NCBI GenBank assembly: GCA_051294905.1
Contig: CM119372.1
Coordinates: 28,336,001 to 28,400,000 of the forward strand
DNA: 64,000 nucleotides
Direction of reading: 5' to 3'
Source: Botryllus schlosseri
Lineage: Eukaryota
In this document: positions 1-12,351 of the stretch, in pieces
How the letters are laid out: each line of letters starts with the position of its first letter
Numbering within the stretch: position 1 is the first letter of the stretch
The notes under the pieces: generated by a model
Told to the model about the DNA's origin: nothing
What the model saw: only the letters and a program-made list of their open reading frames with translations
Database searches by the model: none
Made by a program: the position numbers and the translations under genes

Positions 1-230
1 GACTCGTGAGCCGCATGCTGCTCTTTGAGTATTTGATTGCGGCTCTTCAATGAGTGTGCAATGTGCAATCGGTGATAATGAGCGTAAGCCACTGTGCCTT
101 TTCCGTCAAGATTCACCCAATAATCCCAAAGCTAGAATTGAATCGTCATTACGAAACCAAACACCAAAACCTTAATTGCCAAGAGTTACACAAAAAAGAC
201 ATATTTACGAAGTATTATGATTACCGAGCT
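1..230 (+). mobile_element. hAT (Charlie-like) remnant
   Basis: GAGCCGCATG..GCTCTTT subterminal motif and an LNRHYETKH peptide typical of the N-terminus of Charlie/Buster-type transposases. Confidence 0.5.
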
Positions 231-624
231 CCGAACTGTTTGACGTCATATAAGTCCGATTTCAAACACCTTTCAGCCTAGGTGGAGACACATCGTCTGA
301 TACCACACAATAATAGACTTCATTCGATACCCTACATTTCCTTGTGACGGAATAAATCAGTATATATAAATTTTTGTGTTGTGACTCTTTTACGGCAACG
401 ATTTTTGATATGCGGCTTGCGCGTGAAGCAGCTCTGAAAACCCCTGATCTATAATTATCAGCCAAAATATAAGATAGAATATGAACTTATGAAGCATCAG
501 GAATATCAATAAAATGATATGGAGCAATACCCTACCCGCATATATATCCATGATATGCAATTATAAACGTATGGACGATATTCGTTCGATTTAAAGCACG
601 CAAGAGGGTTAGGTTGAGGTGAGC

Positions 625-932
625 AAGTTTACGACAACGTAAGCTATAAGCTCCGGTCGCTGCGTTAACAATCAATTCATTAGTGGTGTAACAATGGAGG
701 CTCGGTAAAACGCACAATCATTGAGTGACTGGTTAATAATCCGAACTTATACAAGATACGGCGATTTAGTCAACATCGATTAAGCTACTTGATGACTTGA
801 AATTGACTCGTAAATTTTGCTTCGAGTCACGAGTCAATCTGCATTTTCGAAGCGTCGAGTCAAGTCAACTCAAGTCATTTTTGCAAAGTGACTCGAGTCA
901 AGTCAAGTCATACGAAAAAGTTGTCTCGAGTC
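625..932 (+). mobile_element. Fragment of hAT MITE family B (right part)
   Basis: Matches ~3805-4140 and ~47450-47780; lacks the terminal TIR. Confidence 0.75.
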
Positions 933-934
933 TG

Positions 935-1100
935 ACGTTTATAAATATTTTTTGAAAAGACGGATATTCATGAAATGTCCACGATAGGTAGAGCTTGTAT
1001 CGAAGTGTTAGACAGCAAAAGATCTGCTATTCTCGGTTTAAGATTTGAGGGCCAGATATAATTTTGCAATTTTTGATCCATCGGTACCACATCTCCCCTA
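935..1100 (-). mobile_element. Terminal fragment of TA-flanked MITE family E
   Basis: Ends TGATCCATCGGTACCACATCTCCCC-TA; reverse-complement match to 50984-51145. Confidence 0.8.
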
Positions 1101-1109
1101 CATTATATC

Positions 1110-1692
1110 CAGGGGTGTAATGACTCGAGTCAGACTCGAGTAACGATTTTCTGATGACTCGACTTGACTCGAGTCATTTTCTTAAAATACGGAAATGACT
1201 CGACTCGACTCGACTCGAGTGAATGTGTGTATTGACTCGACTTGGACTCGAGTCATTGCGCATGACTCGAACCAAGTCATATGACTCGAGACTCAGACGG
1301 CCTATACCGACATTTCATTGTCATTTCGAAGAACAGTAAAGTAACCTGCCTATTGGGATTTCGTATATTGGTACTTGTACTTGAAAATACGACCAAAACT
1401 GTTAAAAGTGAGGAAAATTGATATATTATAAATGCGAACCATTCGATATCACCAAACAGAGTTAAATAAGTGGGTTTAACAGGACTTTAACTGGAAACTG
1501 AGCAGTCAACACAATGACTTGGACTCGGACTCGAGTCATAATACAATGACTCGGACTCGAACCTTTGTTCGATTACTTGGACTCGGATTTGACTCGGTGG
1601 TGAATAGAAAATGACTCGACTTGAGTCGAGTCAAAACCATAAAAGATAGATTGACTTGTGACTCGGAGCTTTGTGACTTGGTTACAACCCTG
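1110..1692 (+). mobile_element. hAT MITE family A (GACTC-rich)
   Basis: CAGGGGTGTAA...TTACAACCCTG termini, dense GACTC/GAGTC pentamers; TSD not clean. Confidence 0.9.
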
Positions 1693-2594
1693 ATATATCA
1701 CGGAAAATATGGGCTCCGTTCGAGCAACACCGTTATCCGCAAACCATGGAATTGGCACAAATACGATGATTGGCTGATTTACGACAGTCATAAACCACTA
1801 AAGCAGTGGCTCCGACGACGATACAAGTTGGGATATATTTATGCTCCTCGTTGTTTCAATCGTTATTAGTCGATTACTATTCACGCTTCTATGGAAACTG
1901 GGGCTGGAGCTTTTTGGGTCAGAATAAGGTAAACAGCAGTGCTACCAAATATATTTGAATAATATTCTTCGTGTAGCTATATTATATGCTCGGTGCATTT
2001 TACATACTGCGATTTCGGATGTCGTTTCCGTCTCCGTGGATGAGTATTATTCGATACATTTTTCCAAAAAGTTCCGAACTGAGTGTGCAATTTTGCCTTC
2101 TCCGAATGTAGTGTCAATGTCACAAACTTGTTACTGATGGTTATCGTGAGTGAGAAATCATCACTGCCGACAGATGGCTGTGGCCTATAAACATGTTCGA
2201 CATTTACTGTCTTGAGGGATTATAATTAATTACGTCAAAATATTTATTACTGAAAATTTCAACTGATGTTATAAATGTGCTGGATAATGCGATACTTTTC
2301 CAATTTACTCAGAATGGTCTCGCGGGACGTATGTTTGACACCCCTGCTTTTCATATTATGTATTATGTCTTTGGTCTCAACATGTGTTGGTGTGAAAGCG
2401 CATAAACCTGCAGGATCTTGAATAAACTTGAACAGTCGCTGAGCAGTCGTCACTGAGTTGCTATGCTACCGTTGCTGCATCTAACTATAGTAGCCTATAC
2501 TATATATACGCCTTTATTTTGAATTAGTACGAACTTGCTAGGCCTATATCGTACGCTACGTTGACATGATATCGAAGCTTTTATGGGTTCGCGG

Positions 2595-4152
2595 CAGTGT
2601 TGGGATCAAGTCACTACTTTCGAGTCACGAGTCATTTCGAGTCATTGCACATTTTGACTCGAGTCAAGTCAAGTCAATCGATTTTCGAAGGTGACTCGAG
2701 TCAAGTCAAGTCAGTCGATTTTCGGAGGTGACTCGAGTCAAGTCGAGTCAAGTCAAGTCAAGTCACGAGTCAAGTCACAATTCAAGTCAAATGCCTTTTC
2801 GAGGTAGGCTATGAGGCGTGATTTCGTCATTGTATTTTGCTAGCTGTCTGAAATACAGATTGAGTGGTCATTGATTTAGAACCGATGAACGAATATAGAA
2901 TTAAATATACACGCAAGTAAGGAGCTATATCGCTCACATATAAGTAGAACTAATAAACTACGTAAGTAATTGCACAGCCTAAGTTTATAGTTACCAGCCA
3001 AAATAAAGAAACGAACTGATTAGATGCAATATATTACCCTTTTGCAAATTGATATGATACAATTCGAGCCTGCGCCAATGGTTGAGGACTATATAAACTA
3101 TTTTCGAATTCAATATCAATAAAGCAAGAGGTTTTGTTAAGTTAAGAACACAGAACAGAAATAGACATTCTGCCAGGGTTGGAACCAAGTCACAAGGCTC
3201 CGAGTCACAAGTCAATCTCACTTTTATAGTTTTGACTCGAGTCAACTCGAGTCATTTCAATTCACCACCGAGTCAAGTCCGAGTCCAAGTCAGCGAGCAG
3301 GGGGTCGAGTCCGAGTCATGGAATTATGACTCGAGTCCGAGTCCAAGTCATTGTATAGACTGCTCAGTTTCCAGTTAAAGTCTTGGCAAACTCACTTTTT
3401 ATAACTTTGTTTGGTGATATCGGATGTTTCGCATTTATAATATATCAATTTCCTAACTTTTAGCCGTTTCTGGTCGCATATTTAAGTTCCAGTACCAACA
3501 GACGAAATCCTAATAGTGTGTTGGCTTCGGAATTACAATGAAATGTCGGTCTTGGCCGTCTGAGTCTCGAGTCAATGACTTGGATCGAGTCATGCGCAAT
3601 GACTCGAGAGTCCAAGTCGAGTCAATACACAGATTGACTCAAGTCGAGTCGAGTCATTTCCGTATTTTGAAAAAATGACTCGAGTCAAGTCGAGTCATCA
3701 AAAAATCGTGACTCGAGTCGGACTCGAGTCGAGTCATGACTCGAGTCGAGTCATGACTCGAGTCATTACAACCCTGCATTCTGCTATTAAATTACTTGAC
3801 TATACTAAAGTTTACGACAACGTAGGTAGTTATAGCTTCGATCACTTCGTTTGCGATCAATATATTTGTGAGAGAATATGGAGGCTCAGTAAAACGCACG
3901 ATCATTGACAGATTGGGCGCTCTCACGGGTTACATCGGCGTTGCGCGAACAATCCGAACATATGCAAGAAACAGTGATTTTTATCGACACCGATTACTTG
4001 ATGACTTGAAATTGACTCGTGAATTTTGCTCCGAGTCACGAGTCAATCCACATTTCTGATACGCCGAGTCAAGTCAAGTCAAGTCATTTCAGCAAAGTGA
4101 CTCGAGTCAAATCGAGTCATACGAAAAAGTGACTCGAGTCATCCCAACACTG
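2595..4152 (+). mobile_element. hAT MITE family B containing a nested family A copy
   Basis: TIR CAGTGTTGGGAT; perfect 8-bp TSD GTTCGCGG. Confidence 0.93.
3174..3776 (-). mobile_element. hAT MITE family A nested in family B
   Basis: Perfect 8-bp TSD CATTCTGC; the empty site is visible in the B copy near 43500. Confidence 0.94.
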
Positions 4153-4322
4153 GTTCGCGGCGTTCCAATATTAAAATTCGCTTAACAGAAATATGCTCCG
4201 TGTGTGTACTCAGTAGCTACCTCATAAACAGTTCGGTAGCTTCATTTACCCAATTAAGTGTCACGAAACCACGAACATTTGTTACGAAACAACCTTCTAC
4301 ATCATTTCTTCATACATTATAG

Positions 4323-4572
4323 TGAAGTCATACTCCTGACTGGAATACAAGCTGATTAATTTGTGTGGATCGGTTTGACCGACTTAGCAGATGAAGGCGT
4401 GTGGCTATGGGAAGACGGATCTACCGAGCCTGTTTCTTACTGGAAATCACACCAACCGGACAATAGTGGTGGAATTGAAGATTGCGTTCATATTGGGTGG
4501 GACCAGCATCGGCTCAATGAGAATAATTGCAACAATACTTTAGCATTCCTGTGTGAGATTGCATTGATATGA
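4323..4572 (+). pseudogene. C-type lectin domain (CTLD) terminal exon, probably disabled
   Basis: Translation WIGLTD..EGVWLWEDG..YW..HQPDN..GIEDCV..NCNNTLAFLCE is a typical CTLD C-terminal half with a QPD motif; the usual WND reads LNE. The frame from the nearest good acceptor (ttatag, ending 4322) contains a TAA two codons before WIG. Upstream exons not identified. Confidence 0.75.
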
Positions 4573-5460
4573 CCGAGTGTTGGTGAGACGAACATTGCAG
4601 ACTGTATCTGCACCAGACACGGGGTGATCACTTCATCAATGTACTACGATTACTTCTTGATCACGGCAAAATCCAAGTCCATTGTGATTAGGATTGCATG
4701 AAAAAGTAATAACATTTGCATTTATTTTACTTCTTAAAACTTGAGTCTTTAACACATATTGGAAAACAATATAACGATTGAAATGATAAGGCCCCATGAG
4801 AGAACAATTTTCATTTGAAGATTGACGTAATTTAGTTATTGCGTCACAATATATTCATTGCCTAATTTTATAGCTGACGATTTTCACTCAACTATTTTCG
4901 TTCTAGCTACAGCCCCCGCTAACATGGTGTATAAGCGGATGCCTATGGAGGCAAGTTGAAATGTTAAGATTTTGCGTTGCGTTTTTGAAGAATTGCGAAA
5001 TAACAGCAGTTAGTGCCCGTATCAAGTAATAAGATAATAAGATATAAAGTGAACATATAATTCTGCCATGACAAATGATGCTTTTTTTAGTTGAACATTC
5101 ACTGATGTAGGCGGTAGGCGCCTATGAGGCTAGTGCTGGTGAGAAAAATGATGCCCCACATGAAGAATAAATGCCAATTTGGAAATGTGTGTTTCTGACG
5201 AAAGAGGTTTCTCTCTTAATATAGTCTTGTACGTTTGAGTGATTCCAATCTCTTCATTTGACTGTATAGCAGCCTGGCAGTCACGAAATAACAATGTGCC
5301 ACAAAGTAGGCCAAATTAATAGCGAGCCCACCCGAATATATATGATTAATTATAGCCGAAGTAGGCCGAACCTATACAATAATTACGCGCCCTAAATTTT
5401 CATTGACAAAATTCAGTACTGCATTTGAAATTTGCATCCCGCTTGGCACAACTATACAAT

Positions 5461-5461
<1 letters not shown>

Positions 5462-5526
<65 letters not shown>
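5462..5526. repeat. (CA)n microsatellite
   Basis: About 32 CA units with one TA interruption. Confidence 0.97.
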
Positions 5527-5813
5527 TGACACCTCTAAAGAATGAACCCGCGCTTTCGAGTAGTGGGGTAAAGGGTGTGGGTCTGGTTGGCGACGCTCCC
5601 AAGAAGTTTGGTTGATCACCCTACGAGGTGGCGGACTGACGAAGTGCTGTTATGGCCCTGCCTGCACACACCTATGCCTATTGCCTACCATCCATTTAAT
5701 ACAGATATTGTGAGCTATCTTTACGGCGTGGAACAGCTCGGTTATAATTTACATAAGCGTCCGTTGACTCTTAATGTTACGATGTGGACTTCGTTATGTT
5801 GTTTACTACGTGT

Positions 5814-5971
5814 TGTTGTGAATCGAATACACCTCTTTACATCCAAGGCTTTTATTAACTAAGACAAACAATAAATAGAAACGCAATGGTTTTATACCTA
5901 GGACTAGAGTACATAATCAACCAATTAAGCAATAATAACAAAACCGGAATGAGACGATAGCGATCACCACA
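5814..5971 (-). repeat. 3' LTR (158 bp)
   Basis: Direct copy of 15171-15328, no differences seen by eye. Confidence 0.95.
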
Positions 5972-6032
5972 ATCTCCCCGACCAATAAAACAGACATTAG
6001 CGCTGAAAATAACCATTTCAAACAAAATTTAT

Positions 6033-6876
6033 CTAATGGGACACGAAATCCCCATATCTATCAGGAGCTCTTCTTGTCCGTGAAGAGCGTCTCGGAGTCG
6101 AACTGCTTTGAGCATTGTCAGCGGTTTCCGCAGGGATGGTAGCGTCCTCACTACAGAATTCGTCGGCCTGAGTAACCTTTTCTTCTTCGATTTCGCTGGA
6201 GGGCATATCCAAGTCCGATCGAGAAGGAAGAGATTTCTTTTCTTGTGGCAAGGATTCGGTGACATTGGTCATACGCGGATAAGGAGCAAGGTCTGTAGTG
6301 GAGACGGTCGACTCTCTGCCATCTGGATAGCGAATCAAAGCGTATTTTGGATTAGCATCGAGCAAATACACTTTATCGCATAAAGGGTCACTCTTATCGC
6401 GGACGAACTTACGCAGTAGAACAGTGCCCGACTTGAAAAGCCAATCGGGTAATGAAGAGCCATTCATTGATCGTCTTTGAAAAGAGAAAAATCGATCGTG
6501 AGGTGTACAATTTGTAGCCGTGCACAGAAGCGACCTGATACAATGTAATGCGTCTGAGAGTACCTCCTCCCATGAGGACAGTGGCATTTGGTATTGGGCA
6601 AGCAGTAGTTTAACTGTTCTCCAAACAGTTTGGTTGGTTCTCTCACATTGGGAGTTGCCAGTGGGGTGATAAGGGGTTGATTGACTTGTTGCAACACCTT
6701 TCTTCGTTAGGAAATCGTTCATTCTTTTCGACATAAATGACATCGATCTATCGCTATGTACATATTCAGGCAATCCAACGAGAGTGAACAACGTCATTAG
6801 ACATTCGATTACGGTTTCCGACGTCATATTGTAGCATGGAAATGCAAAAGGGAATCGTGAATATTCGTCGACAATG
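6033..6876 (-). CDS. pol: Integrase catalytic core and C-terminus, separated from the rest of pol
   Basis: IVDEYSRFPFAFP...HSDR...YHPTGNSQCERTN (D,D35E region). Removing 6877-12351 plus one TG restores KFILIIVDEY in frame with the upstream pol. Confidence 0.93.
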
Positions 6877-9800
6877 CCCAGCAAACACCCGATCTCCCAC
6901 GGACTTACGGGTACGTCCATAATTGTGCCCAGTCGTCCCACGTCCCACTTTTTGTGACTGAGGACTTGCTCAGTAAGTCACAAATTGACGTCCAATTATG
7001 TAACTCCAAGAGACCCCCAGAGGAAGTAACTTTAAGAGTACTCCTATGCCAGTCACCAATGACCATTCCAGTGGATGTCATAATAGTGTGATGCCTGGAT
7101 GCCACCAACACAGGAGTTGATTTGGATGTCCTTACTGGGAAATCGTTTCTATGAACTCAAATGTGCATTATTCTGCAGTCAATGCTGAATAAGTTGTGTT
7201 GAATACAGTCATGATACAAGTGAAATCTGGTGGAGTGAAGCCGTGAATGTTGATATGGTGTGACTTTCTCATCGCGTGGAACTTCACAAGCCCGGCTGTC
7301 GATCATTGAGGTCGCACAGTGCTAAAGAGGCTCGATATAATGTGCGATACAGAGACACAGTAGCTTATTTTATTGTGACATTACTGGGTCGAAAATGCCC
7401 ACATCAGGGGCAAATACTCGTAATGCATGTGAAATATTCCGACATCAGAACTTGATAATCGTCATGATGGGATTGTGATGACTATTCCAATCACGGAACA
7501 ACGCAGTAAGCAATCCTCTCGGCTATTTCGATAATGGAGTCGAACACGCCTGTTGCTTCAGATTCATCCAACCATAAAACCAGAAGCCTGCCTTCTTCTA
7601 TTTGGCGAGCATCGCGCATGCGCCGCGCGTGTAATTCAATTTGATCACCGTATGTAGCAATGGCGGAGGTACGAATTATAACAGTAAGGGTTTAGTTCAT
7701 AATTGGAAACGTTAACAGCGTGGACTGTGAGATGTCTCTATCATGAGTACCGGAAGGGCAGGGAGCTTGGTATTTGAGTGCTATATTTAATAAACAGCAA
7801 TAGTCTCGATCATCATGAACTGCTGATGCGATATAATGAATTCGATTATATGATTATAGTGACACGGCTGTAATATCACCTACAGACGGAATTGATCGAC
7901 CCGCTGCTAATCAGTAACTCATGCAAGCCGATAATTCTTGTAGTAGGCTACATTTGATACTATATGATAATGTATTGATCATAGAAGTCTGATTTATTGT
8001 GCTCTGTTCCATAATGTCTCACAAGCAATAACTTGCCATTCATGTGCATCCTGTGAAAAGTTTTACAAGGATTTCCTAGGACTGCAGGACCCAATCGGCA
8101 AACCAGATGCCGCATAAAGTAATGTACCGGTATTTTATAACATATCGGTATATACTGAATTTTGAAATGTTATGTAGGCTAATAGAAATGTGGAATGTTC
8201 CTTTATGGAATGTGAGATTGCTGAATTTGTGGATGCATGAAGATTGTAGCATCACATTAACATCCATTTTCGTATTTTTGTGTCCACAACAGTATATAAC
8301 CATAACCATCTATAATAGCGTTAATAAAATAATTGAGGCTTTCAGTGAACATGTAAGAATTTTTGGCAATATTGGTTTATATTTAGGGTATTTTAGGAAC
8401 AACATTATAATAGTTTGTTAGCCCATCTTTAACTTCGCTCTAATCAAAGGATACTCAAACATTAAACCAATTATAAACTCTATAAACTTAACATGTTCAT
8501 GGCCAGGTGCAGACGGGTTGTTGGCAATGTTACCGCAATGTTGGCACGGCCTCCGTGCATACTTTTATTGCTTGATTATAACTTTCGATATTAGTATATA
8601 TACACGGAAACATTGCCTACATTGCAGCAGTATCAAAAAAGTAGGCTATGGATGGGCCCTAAGGAAGGCTGATTGCTCATGGTCATCTTGCCGTCGATAA
8701 GAAAACACAACCTTATTATCAATGGATTCTTACTATATATGGATGGGACATATCTGTGTTTGTGTATACAAAGTTACTTCATTTCTACCAGGAGACTAGA
8801 TATTGAACAGGCAATGTTATGTAGTTCTAAACTTCAGAGGAAGGCGCCGCAGTGGTGCATTGTTCATGGATCAAGATGTTAAATTATGTAAGTTGAAGTT
8901 ACGAACTATATATGATGATTTATGATATTTCATTAATTAGCAATTTATTACCCTGAAAAAAGTGCCATCGATGATGCGGAAATATACAATTGACGGTGGT
9001 TCGCAATCGGGCTGCTAAAACGTGCTGGCTGGAACTATAATTTTATTATAAACTGCATTGTTATAGTGGCACAGAGCGTGTAATTTCAGTAGGCTGTCTT
9101 GAAAATAGTCACATACTTGGCTCGAATCATAAGAATTGATACTCGTTCGAGATTTGAGTAACCATACCAATGTGCTCAGCCCTACTGATTAGTCATTGTA
9201 GTGAGCAGAATGTGCGAATGGTCCAGCTTCAACTTCATTGTCTTTTTTTTACAGGATATTCTAGATTCCTGGCTTGGCTTCTTGACAAATGGCTTCACTA
9301 CAAACATTATAATATCTTTGATTATTTAGATCGGCAATGTCTTCAATTGATAGTGTTCAACAACGTCAAGAACACTGTACAAAGTATGTCTTGGTGACTG
9401 GAACCAAAAACGTTCGGAAGAACTACTGCCACATGAAACAAGCGTTGCTGTAAAATCGGTGCTGCGTCATCCTCAGGAAAAAGTCAAAAGGTATAAAACA
9501 TTGAATACACTTCGTGGAAACCAGAGGCTGTGAAAGTAATCATCTTTTGAACTGAAGTAGATGTAATGTTATGGATTTATACACTCCTAGAGGTAACAAC
9601 TTTAAAGTTGCGTTAGATCTACTCGAAATGGAAGTAGATAATGCACTTCTGGAAAGTATACAAATAATAAGTTTGAAAAAGTAGATTTGGTTGAGGTGTT
9701 GCATAGGCATTCTTAGCGTTTAATCATAGTTGGTGGTCAAAGTACATATTGTGTGCACCGGAGTTTAAATAGTTGCAACGACTTGAATTTCTACTGCTGT

Positions 9801-12351
9801 ACAATTAGCCATTTACCAGGCTTGTAAAATTCACTTCAAAATGAAGTAAAAAGTTCTAAAAGAAGATTTTGTGCTCTATTCTATCCCAGGGGTTCTTGAA
9901 CAGGGCCCGTAGACCCTTTTGTGGTACGATATGCATAGTGGAATTAGACCTATATGCTGTGGTTCTCGTGCTATGCGCAATTTTATGTGAATTGACTATC
10001 TGATGTTAATATAGGTACCATCAGAAATTGTGTTGAAAATAAATTTTGGGCTGCTAGAAATCTTGTGAGTAGCATGAAGTGTGCGATCGCTAAGGCTAAG
10101 AAACAATGCTGTTTACTATGGCTAAAGTTGTTGATATGTTCCAATAATAATCGAAGCCAACATCTAATTCTGAATTAATTTGACTTTAGTAATGACAGTA
10201 GCAACAGCCTACTTATCGCGACTATATCAAAACCCGGATTAGGCTACACCGCTCAAATGCTCTGATACCAGATCAAATTTCAGTAGATTTTAAAATACAA
10301 CTGTGACACGTCAAAGGTCCACCAACTGAAATAGTATAACCCAGAGTTTGATGATGTCATGATGCATCCTATTGCATCATCTCTATAACTCATTATTTTA
10401 ACAAATTATGCCCAGCACAAAAATAATGTTATTGAACTATTCAAAACTGTGATTTTTTTCGTGTCAAACGTGAATAATACAATAGTAAATTACATTCTCG
10501 AGATGTTTTTGGAATGCCTGTCTGCAAGCTCCCGTCAAATAAGGCCTACATGGAAATTATACATTGAATATCCCTATCTTGCTGCGTCGTCAAAAATCCG
10601 GAAATTGACCTGCGACCACATTTGAAGTTGAAGCCTCTGCTCTATATGATGTGACAACATTATGAACAAGGAAAAGTTGAAATATCTATCTCGTATGCGA
10701 GTTCGAAGAAAATGAATACCGGCTCTACATCATATCGAAGAATGTTTTTTAGATTTAAGATAATTCCTATTTTATTGTACTTTGAGACAATACATTTGTC
10801 ATTCACACGATCGTGCGTAGCTACGTCTTACATGTGCCATGTTCTGCGATATGACGAATCTATGTTTTTAGGCCTCGCAGTGGTACATAGAATCGGAATT
10901 CGAATTCTTGTTGAATACAATTTATGTACCCTAAAAGATCATCTGTTTCGACTTATCGTTACTCTATTGAGTCTATTCAGATTCGTGGCAAGCCCTAGTT
11001 GTAGTAGGTGATAGTTCCAAATAAAGGTGGTCAAAGTATTCATCGTTAGTACCGTACTAAATAGTATAAATAGCGATTAACAAGACATCAAACTACTTCC
11101 AAGTGTCGACATGGTCAAAATATGGAGACTTGAGGAATGTCGTAGTTGTATGCTTTTAAACAGAGATAAGGAAAGCAATCATGTTCAGCACTCAATTAGA
11201 AATATTTGTAGCGTCAGTAGTCCAGTACAAGTAAGAGTAACGCAATGTATTTCTACTCGGGTTCAAGCACTCAAGCAGCGATATACACGGCTTCTCAAAA
11301 CTATTTTAGGTAAAGCAGAAGTTCTGGAAAGTACTGAAGTATGTACTTGAGGTGTTTCCACAATTTAATGATTGACGGGTTTCATACTCTGTATCACAAC
11401 GTCAGAAGCTCCCGCACTCGAGTAGACATTGTAGTATCGTCATAAATTATCACTCAGCACAAGTAGAAGTAGTGGATCACAATTAATGCATGAGGGAATA
11501 GAAATTGAAGCAGCTCTGACGCAAATTTCATGTGCTATGTCAGCAGAGTGGCTCTACAAATGATTTGCTGACATTGTTGTATATGTTTCAGGCAAAACAA
11601 AGACCAAGAAGAAAACTGTTGTTGCAACCAAGTTTATTGCGAATACGCACTCGCGCTCTTAACATGATGCGGTGCAAATGATGCATCGTTTTATAATATG
11701 CAATGTAAATTTTACTTATGATTGCTCCATGCTTTTCCCTGTTTTAGTTGTATTAGCAGTTGTACTTTTTCAAAGTCATGTGACACGTTTATTTCTAATT
11801 TCATGATGCACTTCAATTGAAATGTTTGTAATGGTAATATAAAATTGACTTAGAACTTGCTGTTATATACAAAATCCCACTGACACATTTATTCGTAGTG
11901 ATTTCCTGATCGATTTTTCACGTAAGCCTGAACTTTGTTTACCAGTAATAGTTCATTAGTTAATGTTGTACTTGTATTTTGCAATTGTCGTTTTACAGTA
12001 ACCCAATATAAACAGTTCGATAGTTTATATGATGTTGAATTCCATGTAATTGCACCAGGTTAGGTGGGGAGTCCTGATATAGTAATCCTGAGGAATAGAA
12101 CAGGTGGTAAATGACATATCCATAGGGAGTCACGTCGCGTCCACAGTAGGTCTGACGCATCCATAGGGAGTCAAGTCACGTTCACAGCAGATCCAATGAG
12201 TCCATATGGAGTCGCTTCACGTCCATAGTAGACCAACTGAGGAAGTGTTTAGGACGCTTCTAGTAGTCGACAAATCCACTCCAGGGAAGTAACACTGGGC
12301 GTCCTGCGTCTTTTCCGCAGGAAGTCAACTGGACATCGGGTGTTTGCTGGG
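6877..12351. mobile_element. 5475-bp TIR DNA transposon, CMC/EnSpm-like (CCCAG ends, 2-bp TSD), no transposase recognised
   Basis: 17-bp perfect TIR CCCAGCAAACACCCGAT (6877-6893 and 12335-12351); TG duplicated at 6875-6876 and 12352-12353; subterminal GACGTCC/GATGTCC motifs and ~40-bp tandem units at 12120-12240. Superfamily call is inference from the termini and TSD length. Confidence 0.85.
9887..10400. mobile_element. Old hAT-type MITE fragment carried inside the CMC-like element
   Basis: Begins CAGGGGTTCTT; diverged reverse-complement match to ~37660-38239. Confidence 0.65.

Noticed and set aside
5372..5615. VC/TH repeat ORFs
   Set aside because: Read-through of the (CA)n microsatellite.
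6877..6941. N-terminus of the 302-aa ORF as a stand-alone integrase gene
   Set aside because: These codons come from the end of the nested transposon; real integrase sequence resumes at 6876.
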